NCBI GenBank assembly: GCA_963692865.2
Contig: OY843592.1
Span: 2,112,001-2,176,000 of the forward strand
DNA length: 64,000 bases
From: a bacterium
GTDB taxonomy: Bacteria > UBA8248
Reading direction: 5' to 3'
The translations under genes were made by a program, and so were the position numbers. A model generated the notes under the pieces. It ran no database searches, was not told the origin of the DNA, and saw only the letters and a list, made by a program, of their open reading frames with translations. Positions 1-9,200 of this stretch are shown here, piece after piece. The first letter of the stretch is position 1, and each line of letters starts with the position of its first letter.

Positions 1-549
1 GAAAGTTCCGGCCTTGAAATGCCACCAGGCCTTTCTTTTCCCCGCCACGCAGCCGAAGAGGTTCTTGACCGCGCCCGTCATGTAAAGCTGGCAATGCGTC
101 TTGAGCTTCGGCAGGTTGACGATTCCGCCCGCATCCATGGCCTCTTTCGCCATGGTGAGGTGCGCGTAGACGACTCCCTCTGGGTTGGGAACCTTCACGC
201 CTTTCCGGAAGGCAACGAGGGGAAGCCCGAGTTCCTCGCATATCCTCGCCAAACCGGCTTCTCTGGCGCATGAGGCGAGGCTTCCCCAGGCGGGGCTGTC
301 GCCCATGGATATTTTCCGCGGCGGCGCCGATTTTTGGAAATGCTGCGCCACCGCCCGGAGTATTTCGGGGTGCGTCGTGAGCGCGCTCTCGGGCGACGCG
401 CCTTTGAGGATGTTGGGTTTCAGCAGTATCTTTTCGGTTGCAGAGGCGAATTGTGACGCGCCGCCCAGCGCTTCCAGAGCCTCGGCGACGGCGTCGTTTA
501 CGCGCGCTTTCTCATAGTCTTCGCAACGGACAATCGCTACGCGGCTCAT
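1..549 (-). CDS. DUF362 domain protein (Fe-S associated), 3' end runs off the window
   Basis: Not in the ORF track. Manual translation from ATG at 549 gives MSRVAIVRCEDY...ILLKPNILKG...LTTHPE...GDSPAWG...VNLPKLKTHCQLYMTGAVKNLFGCVAG, which has the hallmark DUF362 motifs. Confidence 0.85.
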   Translation of the reverse strand, partial: MSRVAIVRCEDYEKARVNDAVAEALEALGGASQFASATEKILLKPNILKGASPESALTTHPEILRAVAQHFQKSAPPRKISMGDSPAWGSLASCAREAGLARICEELGLPLVAFRKGVKVPNPEGVVYAHLTMAKEAMDAGGIVNLPKLKTHCQLYMTGAVKNLFGCVAGKRKAWWHFKAGTF

Positions 550-555
550 GTGCGT

Positions 556-885
556 TTAACTTTCCTTTTTTATGGCGTCTATCTTTTCGTCGCGCTCCGC
601 CTCGAGCGCCTCGCGCTCGCTCCTGAATTTCTGGCGGAAGGCGTTCAGCGCGTCTCTGGCCTCGGGTTCGAGTTGCGCTTCGACGGCTTCGGGGGGAGCG
701 CCTCCCGTCATTTTCATCAGTTCCTGCTGATGAAGGACGTCTTTTTCTGCGATTTTCCCCTCGTATACCTTTTTGATCTCCTCAATCTTGTCCCTTTGCT
801 CAGGAGTGAGTTTTTCCAGCTCCTGGCGCGCTTGCTCGCCGATGGCGGAAGTTTTCTCCATCGCTATTTCCAGGGCGCTTTTCAT
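556..885 (-). CDS. Hypothetical coiled-coil protein (MKSALEIAMEKT...)
   Basis: ATG at 885 preceded by GGAGG; charged helical sequence; lies directly upstream of the DUF362 gene. Confidence 0.7.
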   Translation of the reverse strand: MKSALEIAMEKTSAIGEQARQELEKLTPEQRDKIEEIKKVYEGKIAEKDVLHQQELMKMTGGAPPEAVEAQLEPEARDALNAFRQKFRSEREALEAERDEKIDAIKKES

Positions 886-1137
886 AGTAAACCTCCACGG
901 CAGTATGATGACTTGTGTGGGCAAGGGCATTCTAGGTTGCGCGATAAAGGGGGTCAACATCCGCGTCCTTGAACGAGATTCAGGCGGACACCGCATTCTT
1001 CCGCGTCGCGTAATGAGGGCCTAATGTACAGGTTTTCAGGCGGATAGCGCAGACACCCGTTTTCTCGCATTGCGAGCACTCTATGGGATATAAATTTTGA
1101 TATAAGAAGATGTGATACGCCCACCACTGGAGGAACC

Positions 1138-2106
1138 ATGCGCGAGCCTGTGTTTGATGATGTTCTGGAGGCGCGAAAACGCATCGCCGGCTACTTGCAG
1201 CCCACGCCCTTTCACGAAATTCCCGTGCTCTCAGAACGGCTCGGGTGCCGGTACTTCCTGAAATTCGAGTCCATGCAGCCCGTCGGCGCGTTCAAAGTGC
1301 GCGGCGGCGTGAACCTCGTCTCCAGGCTCGGGCCGGAGGAGAAGCAAGCGGGCCTTATCACGGCCTCGACCGGCAACCACGGTCAATCCATCGCCTATGC
1401 CGCGCGGATTTTCGGAGTCAGAGCGTTAATCGCGGCGCCGAATGGGGCGAATCCGGATAAAATCTCGGCCATCGAGAGGCTGGGGGCGGAAGTCGCGTTC
1501 GCGGGGGAGGATTTCGATGACGCCAGGGTGTGGTGCGAGGAGCAATGTGAAGCACGAGGGATGCGTTATGTTCACTCGGCCAACGAGCCGCACCTCATCG
1601 CGGGCGTAGCGACCCAGACGCTGGAGATCATGGAATCCGAGCCGGATATCGAAGTCGTCATCGTGCCCCTCGGCGGGGGAAGCGGGGTGTGCGGCGCGGG
1701 CCTCGTCGCCAAACACATCAACCCCAAGGTCCACGTGGTGGGGGTCCAGGCGGCAAACGCCCCTGCCTTCTACAAGAGTTTCTACGCGGGGGAATTGCAA
1801 CCCCAGCCTTCGGCGGGCACCTTTGCGGACGGACTCGCCACACGGGTGCCCTTTGAACTCACTTTCTCGATGATTCGTAGATACGTGGATGAAATCGTGA
1901 CGGTCAGCGAGGAGGAGATGTGCGACGCCATCCGGCTGCTCGCCTCTGACGTGCACGTTATCGCCGAGGGCGCGGGCGCCGCCCCGACGGCGGCCGCCAT
2001 GAAGATGGATTTGAAGGGAAAGCGTGTCGCCGGAATCCTGAGCGGTCGGAATCTCACAAGCGAGCATCTCAATATCATCCTCAGCGGCGGGACGCCTCGT
2101 CCGTGA
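1138..2106 (+). CDS. PLP-dependent threonine/serine dehydratase (no ACT domain)
   Basis: GAFKVRG PLP-lysine motif, ASTGNHG, PLGGGSG, SGRN; GGAGG RBS. Confidence 0.9.
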   Translation: MREPVFDDVLEARKRIAGYLQPTPFHEIPVLSERLGCRYFLKFESMQPVGAFKVRGGVNLVSRLGPEEKQAGLITASTGNHGQSIAYAARIFGVRALIAAPNGANPDKISAIERLGAEVAFAGEDFDDARVWCEEQCEARGMRYVHSANEPHLIAGVATQTLEIMESEPDIEVVIVPLGGGSGVCGAGLVAKHINPKVHVVGVQAANAPAFYKSFYAGELQPQPSAGTFADGLATRVPFELTFSMIRRYVDEIVTVSEEEMCDAIRLLASDVHVIAEGAGAAPTAAAMKMDLKGKRVAGILSGRNLTSEHLNIILSGGTPRP

Positions 2107-4676
2107 AATACGTCATCAAAAAAGAGGCCCCGAAGGCGCATGAATCGGGCGGCATGTATGTCGAAGTCGCGCTCAGCGTCCCGCAACTGAGAACGTTGAC
2201 CTACCGGGTGGAACCTGAATTCGTGGGCCGACTTGCGCCCGGGCAGCGTGTGCTGGCGCCGCTGGGCAGGCGGAAGGTGACGGGATACGTCGTCCACCCG
2301 CCGGGAGAGAACCCGCCCCCCGATGTCGAGCCTGCGTCCATCAAACCCGTTCTCGAAATTCTGGACGATGAGCCGCTGCTCACGCCGGAGCTTTTGGAAC
2401 TCACCCGTTGGGTAGCGGAATATTATTGTTGCGGCTGGGGGGAGGCTCTCAAGTACGCGCTTCCGTCTCACAAGGAGAAAAAAACCATTGAGCGCTACCG
2501 CCTGACTGAATCAGGAAGGCGAGAAGCCGCGCTCGAAGAAGGCGGCCTCGGCCTGCCCGGTCTCGGAACCCCGCAGGGAGAAGGCAGTCACAAGACGCGC
2601 CTTCTGGTTGCGCTTCGCAAGGGTCCGAGAACCATCGGTTCGCTTGCGGCGGCGTTCGGGCGCGGGACGCGCCCGGAGCTCATTCGTCTCGTCGATGCGG
2701 GTTTCGTGGAGAAAATCGTTGATGCCGTGGGTGGCTCGAAGCCCCGCAAAGCCAAGTATGTGCGCCTATCCAAGAAACCCTCGGGGGATGACATCGAGTC
2801 CCTCGCGATCCGCGCGAAGTTGCAGGCGGAAATCCTGCGCCTCTTGGAGCAGACTGAAGATGGACGTTTGTGGCTGGCGGAGCTGGAAACCTTCTCGAAA
2901 AGCGCCCGCGCCGCCTGCGCGGCGCTGGAGAAAAAAGGATGGGTCGAAGTGGTGGAAGACATCCATCCTCATGAAGGGAATGTGAACGAATCGCATACAA
3001 AGCCCGGCGCGCCCTCGAAGGCCCTGACGGATGAGCAGAGAGAATCGTTCGAGCTGGTGAAGGCGGATATCGAGGAAAAGAATTTTTCGGTCACGCTTCT
3101 TCACGGCGTTACCGGAAGCGGGAAGACGGAAGTCTACATCCGGCTTGCGCAAACAGCCTTGGAAAACGGACTGGGCGCGCTGATTCTGGTGCCGGAAATC
3201 GGCCTGACCCCCCAGCTCTTGGGACGTTTTCAGGAGCGTTTCGGTCATCGGGTGGCCTGTCTGCACAGCGCGTATTCGGACAAAAAACGCATCTCGGAAT
3301 GGCGGCGGATCAAGAACGGGGATGCGCCCATCGTCGTGGGCACGAGGTCCGCCGTCTTTGCCCCGATTCCGAACCTGGGGATGATTGGAGTGGACGAGGA
3401 GCACGACGCCTCCTACAAACAGGAGGAATCCCCCCGCTACCACGCGCGGGACACGGGCATCGTGCGCGCCAGGAATCTGGAGATTCCGGTCGTGCTGGGT
3501 TCGGCGACGCCGTCGATTGAAAGCTATACGAACGCCAGGAGCGGCCGCTACCGCCTGCGTTCGTTGTCGCATCGCCCCACGGGGGGAGCCTTGCCACAGG
3601 TGCGCCTGATGGATTTGAGAAAAGAGATCGGCTCCGACCCCAAGACGCCGGAGCTTCTCACGAGCGAATTGGCGGCGGCCATCGGCGATCGTTTGGAGCG
3701 AGGCGAGCAGACGCTGTTGTTCCTGAACCGGCGCGGATTTTCCTCGGTCATCTTGTGCCATGATTGCGGCGAGGCGCTCCAGTGCCCTCACTGCTCCGTC
3801 CCGCTCACGTTTCACCGAGAAGGCGGGGGCAGGGCGCAATGCCACTGGTGCGATTACAGCGCCGATCCGCCGAGCAAATGCCCCTCCTGTCACAGTGTGC
3901 GCGTGGGAAATTTTGGCGTGGGGACGGAGCGCGTAGAGCAGGCGGTGAGGGCGCGATTTTCCGGCGCGCGCGTCCAACGCCTGGATCGCGACGCGGTGCG
4001 CCGCTCGGGCGCGTACGAGAGCATATTCGGGGCCATGCGCAGTGGGGAGATCGATATCCTCATCGGGACGCAGATGGTGGCGAAAGGCCATGATTTTCCG
4101 AAACTCACTCTTGTGGGCGTCGTGGTGGCCGACGTCGGGCTTCATCTGCCCGATTTCCGGGCGAGCGAGCGTACTTTCCAGCTATTGACGCAGGTAGCTG
4201 GCCGGGCGGGCCGCGCCGATTTGCCCGGAGAGGTCATCATTCAGACGTTCAGGCCGGATCATTTCGCGGTTCAGTGCGCGCGGACGCATGATTACGCCGG
4301 GTTTTACAAGAGAGAAGCCCTGGCGAGGGAGCGGATGGGCTACCCCCCATATCGGCGGCTGGCCAGGCTCCGTTTCGAGTCCAAGGACAAGCACCTCGCC
4401 GCGAAAGCCGGTGAATGGACGGCGTCTTACTTGCGCAGGCATGGCGCCCCGGCGGCCGGACGCGCCGCCGATGGGAGCGGGGTCGAATATCTGGGTCCTG
4501 CGCCTGCGCCTCTCGTGAGAATTCGGGGGGTATGGCGATATCACATGATCTTGAAGGCCAAAGGGTCGAAGCGCCTGGGTGAAGCGGTCAATTCGCTGAC
4601 AGCGGAATTTGACGGGCAAGCGGCTTTTTCTTCCGTTCGTCTGGCGGTGGACGTGGACCCGTTGAGTCTGATGTAA
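2103..4676 (+). CDS. priA: Primosomal protein N' (replication restart helicase)
   Basis: GVTGSGKT, DEEH, SATPS, LNRRG, four CxxC zinc motifs, GTQMVAKGHDF, QVAGRAGR, DVDP. Confidence 0.97.
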   Translation: MKYVIKKEAPKAHESGGMYVEVALSVPQLRTLTYRVEPEFVGRLAPGQRVLAPLGRRKVTGYVVHPPGENPPPDVEPASIKPVLEILDDEPLLTPELLELTRWVAEYYCCGWGEALKYALPSHKEKKTIERYRLTESGRREAALEEGGLGLPGLGTPQGEGSHKTRLLVALRKGPRTIGSLAAAFGRGTRPELIRLVDAGFVEKIVDAVGGSKPRKAKYVRLSKKPSGDDIESLAIRAKLQAEILRLLEQTEDGRLWLAELETFSKSARAACAALEKKGWVEVVEDIHPHEGNVNESHTKPGAPSKALTDEQRESFELVKADIEEKNFSVTLLHGVTGSGKTEVYIRLAQTALENGLGALILVPEIGLTPQLLGRFQERFGHRVACLHSAYSDKKRISEWRRIKNGDAPIVVGTRSAVFAPIPNLGMIGVDEEHDASYKQEESPRYHARDTGIVRARNLEIPVVLGSATPSIESYTNARSGRYRLRSLSHRPTGGALPQVRLMDLRKEIGSDPKTPELLTSELAAAIGDRLERGEQTLLFLNRRGFSSVILCHDCGEALQCPHCSVPLTFHREGGGRAQCHWCDYSADPPSKCPSCHSVRVGNFGVGTERVEQAVRARFSGARVQRLDRDAVRRSGAYESIFGAMRSGEIDILIGTQMVAKGHDFPKLTLVGVVVADVGLHLPDFRASERTFQLLTQVAGRAGRADLPGEVIIQTFRPDHFAVQCARTHDYAGFYKREALARERMGYPPYRRLARLRFESKDKHLAAKAGEWTASYLRRHGAPAAGRAADGSGVEYLGPAPAPLVRIRGVWRYHMILKAKGSKRLGEAVNSLTAEFDGQAAFSSVRLAVDVDPLSLM

Positions 4677-4734
4677 GGGGATTATCCTCAAAGGAGTTTT
4701 TCTCAAGAATCAGGTTTTTGATCGAGGAGGTTGT

Positions 4735-5787
4735 ATGTCTCAGGAAAATTTCAGAACGGCCCTCGTAGGACTCGGGTGGTGGGCGACGCCGATAGGCGAC
4801 GCACTTCGCAGAAGTAAGAAGATAGACCTGGTCGCCTGCTACACGCGCAACGAGGAAAAGCGATCATCCTTCGCGGAGGAGCATGGGTGCGAAGCGGCGT
4901 CCGGCTATGAGGCGATACTGGAGAATCCCGATGTGGAGGGGGTCCTGCTCACCACGCCGAACAAGGTGCATGCCGCCCAAATCATCGCCGCGCTCGAGGC
5001 GGGCAAGCACGTCTGGGTGGAAAAACCGATAACGAACGTATTGGCCGAAGCGCCCGAGGTGCTGAAAGCCTGGCGAGCGTCCGGCAAGACCCTGGCGGTG
5101 GGGCACTGCTACCGGCGCGCGGCGGGACACCGGAAAATCCGTGAATTGATAGAAGACGGCGCCATCGGCCAGCCGCTTTGGGCGGAGGCCGTGTTTTCAA
5201 ACCACATGGGTCAGTTTTTCACACCCGACAGGTGGCGATATTTCAGGGACGAGTGCCCGGGCGGCCCCCTCATGCAGATGGGGATCCACCACTGCGATAC
5301 GCTGAACTACCTGCTGGGCGACCCCGTGAGCGTTACGGGAGTTCACAAAAAGCTGGCCACGCCTGCAGAAATCGACGACGTGACGATGACGATCACCGAG
5401 CACGCGGGCGGCCCCGTCTCGACCCTGATGACGAGTTTCGTGACGCCGGGCGTGTTCACGCTCAAGCTGCACGGCACCCAGGCGGTCGTTTCTCTCGAAA
5501 TGATCAGGGAAAATATCACTCTGGCGCACCGAACGAATGATGAGACCACGCTGGCGATTCAAAAGGCGGGCGAAGCCGGCTGGACGGACGTGCCCGTGCC
5601 CGAAATGGCGGACATGATAATCGATGAGGTGGAGGAATTCGCCGATTGCGCGCGAACAGGCGCAACGCCTGAAACCGGCCCACGAGAGGCCGTCCATGCC
5701 TTGGCGCAGGTGGAGGGTTCGTGCCGCTCGGCGGAAGCGGGAAGAAAGATACAGATGACAGAACTTCTGGAAGGAATCGATGTCTAG
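4735..5787 (+). CDS. Gfo/Idh/MocA family oxidoreductase
   Basis: GLGWW Rossmann motif, GKHVWVEKP, GIH motif. Confidence 0.9.
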   Translation: MSQENFRTALVGLGWWATPIGDALRRSKKIDLVACYTRNEEKRSSFAEEHGCEAASGYEAILENPDVEGVLLTTPNKVHAAQIIAALEAGKHVWVEKPITNVLAEAPEVLKAWRASGKTLAVGHCYRRAAGHRKIRELIEDGAIGQPLWAEAVFSNHMGQFFTPDRWRYFRDECPGGPLMQMGIHHCDTLNYLLGDPVSVTGVHKKLATPAEIDDVTMTITEHAGGPVSTLMTSFVTPGVFTLKLHGTQAVVSLEMIRENITLAHRTNDETTLAIQKAGEAGWTDVPVPEMADMIIDEVEEFADCARTGATPETGPREAVHALAQVEGSCRSAEAGRKIQMTELLEGIDV

Positions 5788-5826
5788 GAGCCCGTGTTAT
5801 CTGTTGAGCTCCGAGCGAAATTATAA

Positions 5827-5901
5827 TGGTGGGCCGTACTGGATTTGAACCAGTGACTTCTGCCGTGTGAAGGCAGCGCTCTGCCACTGAGCTAACGGCC
5901 C
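5827..5901 (-). tRNA. tRNA-Val (CAC)
   Basis: Reverse complement GGGCCGTTAGCTCAGTGGCAGAGCGCTGCCTT-CAC-ACGGCAGAAGTCACTGGTTCAAATCCAGTACGGCCCACCA folds as a cloverleaf with encoded CCA. Confidence 0.97.
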
Positions 5902-6060
5902 AGAATTTTGCGTTTATCATAGGCCCCATACGGGGTCAAGAACGGATGCGTTCGATGCCGCCTCCAAACTTTACGCGGGTTCAAGCCATCGGCTATGATA
6001 GCGGGAGTTGAAACCTTCATCGTCCAATATTCGCCAGTGAGCTTGAAAGGATAATCTTAG

Positions 6061-6285
6061 ATGAATCAACTGACGAACAATGGGGTGACATACAACCTCG
6101 AGACCCGCGAACATGACCTGTACGGGTTCGGCGTCGACGTCTATATGCTCGATCAGGAGGGCGCCCAGCCCAGGGAGCCCATCGCGTTCATTCCCGGAAA
6201 AGATGAGAACGCCGCGACCATTCTGACGCAGCAATGGCTCAAAATCGCTTTTCCGGCCGAATTACCCAAAGGCAAGAAAAAATAG
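6061..6285 (+). CDS. Small hypothetical protein
   Basis: 74-aa ORF with AAGGA RBS and protein-like composition; fills the gap after the tRNA. Confidence 0.6.
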   Translation: MNQLTNNGVTYNLETREHDLYGFGVDVYMLDQEGAQPREPIAFIPGKDENAATILTQQWLKIAFPAELPKGKKK

Positions 6286-6350
6286 CGCCGCCACACGGCG
6301 AAAAAGCCGAGCCGACGGCCTTTTCCCTGTTTTCCAACCGGGGGGACGCC

Positions 6351-6752
6351 TTGGAGTCGCCTCAAACCATTCAGACAGACCAGGCACCATCGCCCACCGG
6401 GACCTTCGTCCAGGCGCGCCGCGTGGGGAACCTCTTGTTCATTGCCGGCCAGCGCGGCATCGACCCCGACTCGGGGGAACTCGTCGAGAGATCCATAGAG
6501 GCGCGCGCCAGAAGGACTTTCGAGAACCTGAAAGCCATTGCGGAGGCGGCAGGCGGGTCGCTCGCCACGTTCGTTTCCACCGTCGTCTACGTGAGGGATA
6601 TGGATACCCACCGCCCGGCCATCAACCGGCTTTTTGAGGAATACTTCGGGCCGAACCTGCCCACGCGCACCATCGTGGAGGTAAGCCGGTTGAATCAGGA
6701 CGACATCGTGGAAATCGAGGCGGTGGTGATGATCCCCGGCGCGGAGGCTTAG
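6351..6752 (+). CDS. RidA/YjgF family protein
   Basis: APSPTGTFVQA, LFIAGQ, PTRT, VEIEAV motifs; TTG start chosen by family length. Confidence 0.88.
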   Translation: MESPQTIQTDQAPSPTGTFVQARRVGNLLFIAGQRGIDPDSGELVERSIEARARRTFENLKAIAEAAGGSLATFVSTVVYVRDMDTHRPAINRLFEEYFGPNLPTRTIVEVSRLNQDDIVEIEAVVMIPGAEA

Positions 6753-8341
6753 CCTGCGGACGCCGCGGGCGCTGGAAGCGGCTCCCACCATTTTTCGACG
6801 CCCAAATCATCCGCGATCACGCCGGCGGCGTTGTAGCCGGGCGCTCCGTTCAAACCGCCCCCCTGGCAACTCGAACTGCACAGATAGAAGCCCTCCAGAG
6901 GCGTCCGCATCCCGGAGAGCAGGGGATGGGGCCTGTTGATGCCCAACTGTTCGGGAATATACGCCCCCATGCGCACGCCGCCGCGGATCATGTTCTTGTT
7001 CCCGCGTTCCACGTCGAGCGGTGTGTAGAGCTTCGCCGCGCGGACGTTGTCCGGCGTGAGGTTCGGAGCGTAGCCCCGCCAAACGTCGACCAGGCGTTCG
7101 GTGTACGCCTCTTTTACTTCATCCCACTTCCGGGGGCCGCCGTCTTTGAGTTCATAGGGCGCGCCGGGCCACCAGAAGGCGACGTGGCCGCCTTGTGGCG
7201 CATAGGAGGGGTCGTGCTGGCTGTTGCATGAGCCGTTGCCCATCGGGCGAGACGGGATGAGGCCGTTTCTGCGCTCTTCGGTGTTTTCGGCCATCTCCTC
7301 GCCGGAATCCGCGCCGAATATGATGTTGTACGCCCTGCTTACGTCCGGGTCGAAATCCGCTGCGCTATACCGAGGGGGTTCGGCCAGGGCGAGATGCAGC
7401 GTACTAAGCGAATGGAAGCCCCAGTCCCAGTTTCGCACCTTTTCGTTCACCTCATCGGGAAACGCGTCTTCTCCCGCCATTTTAATGGATGCCGGCGCAT
7501 TGAGGCTCGAAGCGACGAATTGCGCCGCCATCATCTTCTCTCCGCCTTCGAGCATGACGCCCGTCGCGCGCCCGTTATCCCGTATCACTTCGCGCACGTG
7601 GCTGTTTCTCAGGACGACGCCTCCGTTCTGGATGACGATTCGCTCCAGCGCCAGAGGCAGTTGGATCGCTCCTCCCACCGGAAGACCGAGCGTCGTGTGG
7701 GTGGAAAACAGGCTCGGCAGGAAAATACCCGTACCCGGCGCGTTCTCCACCGTGATGGCGTGAGAGAACAAGAAAAACAAGGCCCGCATTTTGGGATGCT
7801 CGAAATGCGATTCGATGGCCTCGAAAATCGACATTTTCGCAAAGCTCAGGATCTCCCGTCCCGCATCGCTGTCCATCCTGGAGACGATTTCCTCAGGAGG
7901 CAGGGGCGGATGAAACAGGAAACTGCGCAGGAGCGGGGCGTGTTCCACGGCGAATCGTCGGTGAAGGTAAACGTATGATTCGGCGTCTTTTTGCGAAAAT
8001 TTCGAAATCGACGCCGCGCTTTTCTCAGCGTCGCGGTGAAGCAGAATGGCCGTGCCGTCCCGATAGAGCGTGGCGTGCTGCACGTCCGGCGTAAGCCACT
8101 TGAATCCGTATTTGTTCAGTTCCAGGTCCTTGACGATTGGAAAATCATCGAGGCCGATGAAGAAATTCGCGTGCATGTTCGATTGGTAGCCGGGCAGCAG
8201 GAATTCTTTGGTGCTCGATCCGCCTCCGATTTCAGGTTCACAGTCTAAAACGGCGATTTTCAGTCCAGCACGAGCGAGATACGCCGCGCATACCAAGCCG
8301 TTATGCCCCGCACCGATCACAACCCCGTCGAATTGCGCCAT
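6749..8341 (-). CDS. Phytoene dehydrogenase-like NAD(P)/FAD oxidoreductase
   Basis: IGAGHNGLVCAAYLARAG, TPLD, GLNGAPGYNAA motifs. Confidence 0.88.
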   Translation of the reverse strand: MAQFDGVVIGAGHNGLVCAAYLARAGLKIAVLDCEPEIGGGSSTKEFLLPGYQSNMHANFFIGLDDFPIVKDLELNKYGFKWLTPDVQHATLYRDGTAILLHRDAEKSAASISKFSQKDAESYVYLHRRFAVEHAPLLRSFLFHPPLPPEEIVSRMDSDAGREILSFAKMSIFEAIESHFEHPKMRALFFLFSHAITVENAPGTGIFLPSLFSTHTTLGLPVGGAIQLPLALERIVIQNGGVVLRNSHVREVIRDNGRATGVMLEGGEKMMAAQFVASSLNAPASIKMAGEDAFPDEVNEKVRNWDWGFHSLSTLHLALAEPPRYSAADFDPDVSRAYNIIFGADSGEEMAENTEERRNGLIPSRPMGNGSCNSQHDPSYAPQGGHVAFWWPGAPYELKDGGPRKWDEVKEAYTERLVDVWRGYAPNLTPDNVRAAKLYTPLDVERGNKNMIRGGVRMGAYIPEQLGINRPHPLLSGMRTPLEGFYLCSSSCQGGGLNGAPGYNAAGVIADDLGVEKWWEPLPAPAASAG

Positions 8342-8417
8342 CGGATTCTCTCCTCAATATGTTGGAAGCAGAATACCCAGCTTAGCGAATCCGGGATGAA
8401 AGGGCAAAAAGGCGCAC

Positions 8418-8458
8418 AAAAAAACACCCTGCCCAAAGAGCAGGGTGTTTCATTTTTC
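8418..8458. terminator. Intrinsic terminator downstream of the DsbA-like gene
   Basis: AAACACCCTGC-ccaaaga-GCAGGGTGTTT perfect stem flanked by A and T tracts. Confidence 0.75.
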
Positions 8459-8490
8459 CTGGTGAGTGAAAGAGCCACCTGATATTCGGC

Positions 8491-9123
8491 TTAACTCTCT
8501 TCTTTTTCCTTCTCGATGCGTTGTCGCTTCACGCGCGCAACCTCGTTCTTCACGTCGTCGATGACGTCTTTGCCCCAAAAGAGCTTTCCCTCCACCACGA
8601 ACGTGGGGATTCCGTAAATTCCCAACCCTTTTCCCTGGGCGCGCTGGCTGTGGAGTGCGCCGATGTAGCGTCCCTCGGCGATGACGGCCTTGATTTCCTC
8701 TCCGTCGAGTCCTACATCCTCACCGAGCCCGGCGATGACGTCCAAATCCTCGAGATTCAGGTCGTCCTCCCAGCGCGCCTTGTAGCAGCGATTCCGGAAT
8801 TCCTTGAACTTCCCCTTGTCCCGAGCGTAATAGGTGGCCATGTGGAGGTTGGTGGTGCGGTAATCGCCTCCCGCCACCCGGATGGGCACGTTGTATTTCT
8901 CGGCGAGAGGTTTATGGTTCGTTTCGTAACTTTCCTGTTTCTGCTCCGGCGAGTAGCCGGCGAACTCCTGGCCGGGGGGTCTCCCTTCCCAACTGACCCA
9001 CTCGACGACGACGTCGGGGTCTTCTTCTATTACGGGCGTGCCACCCACGGTGGCGACATAGCAAAATGGTCATGTGTAATCCGAGTATTTCACCACAACG
9101 ATTGGTTCTTTCAACTCACTCAT
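8491..9123 (-). CDS. DsbA/FrnE-like thioredoxin-fold selenoprotein (UPFC)
   Basis: ATG 9123 with GGAGG RBS gives MSELKEPIVVVKYSDYT-TGA(9070-9072)-PFCYVATVGG, continuing in frame into the track ORF (GIYGIPTFVV...FWG). The TGA occupies the first Cys of the D-x-x-C-P-x-C motif. Confidence 0.88.
9040..9054 (-). promoter_or_regulatory. Putative bacterial SECIS hairpin
   Basis: GCCAC-CGTGG-GTGGC stem-loop starting 15 nt after the UGA. Confidence 0.65.
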
Positions 9124-9200
9124 GGCGTTGCCTCCGTCAGGTTTGCAATGAATCTCTTGAGAATACCGTTGAATATGTATCCAGGCAGCAACTTTTTGGT

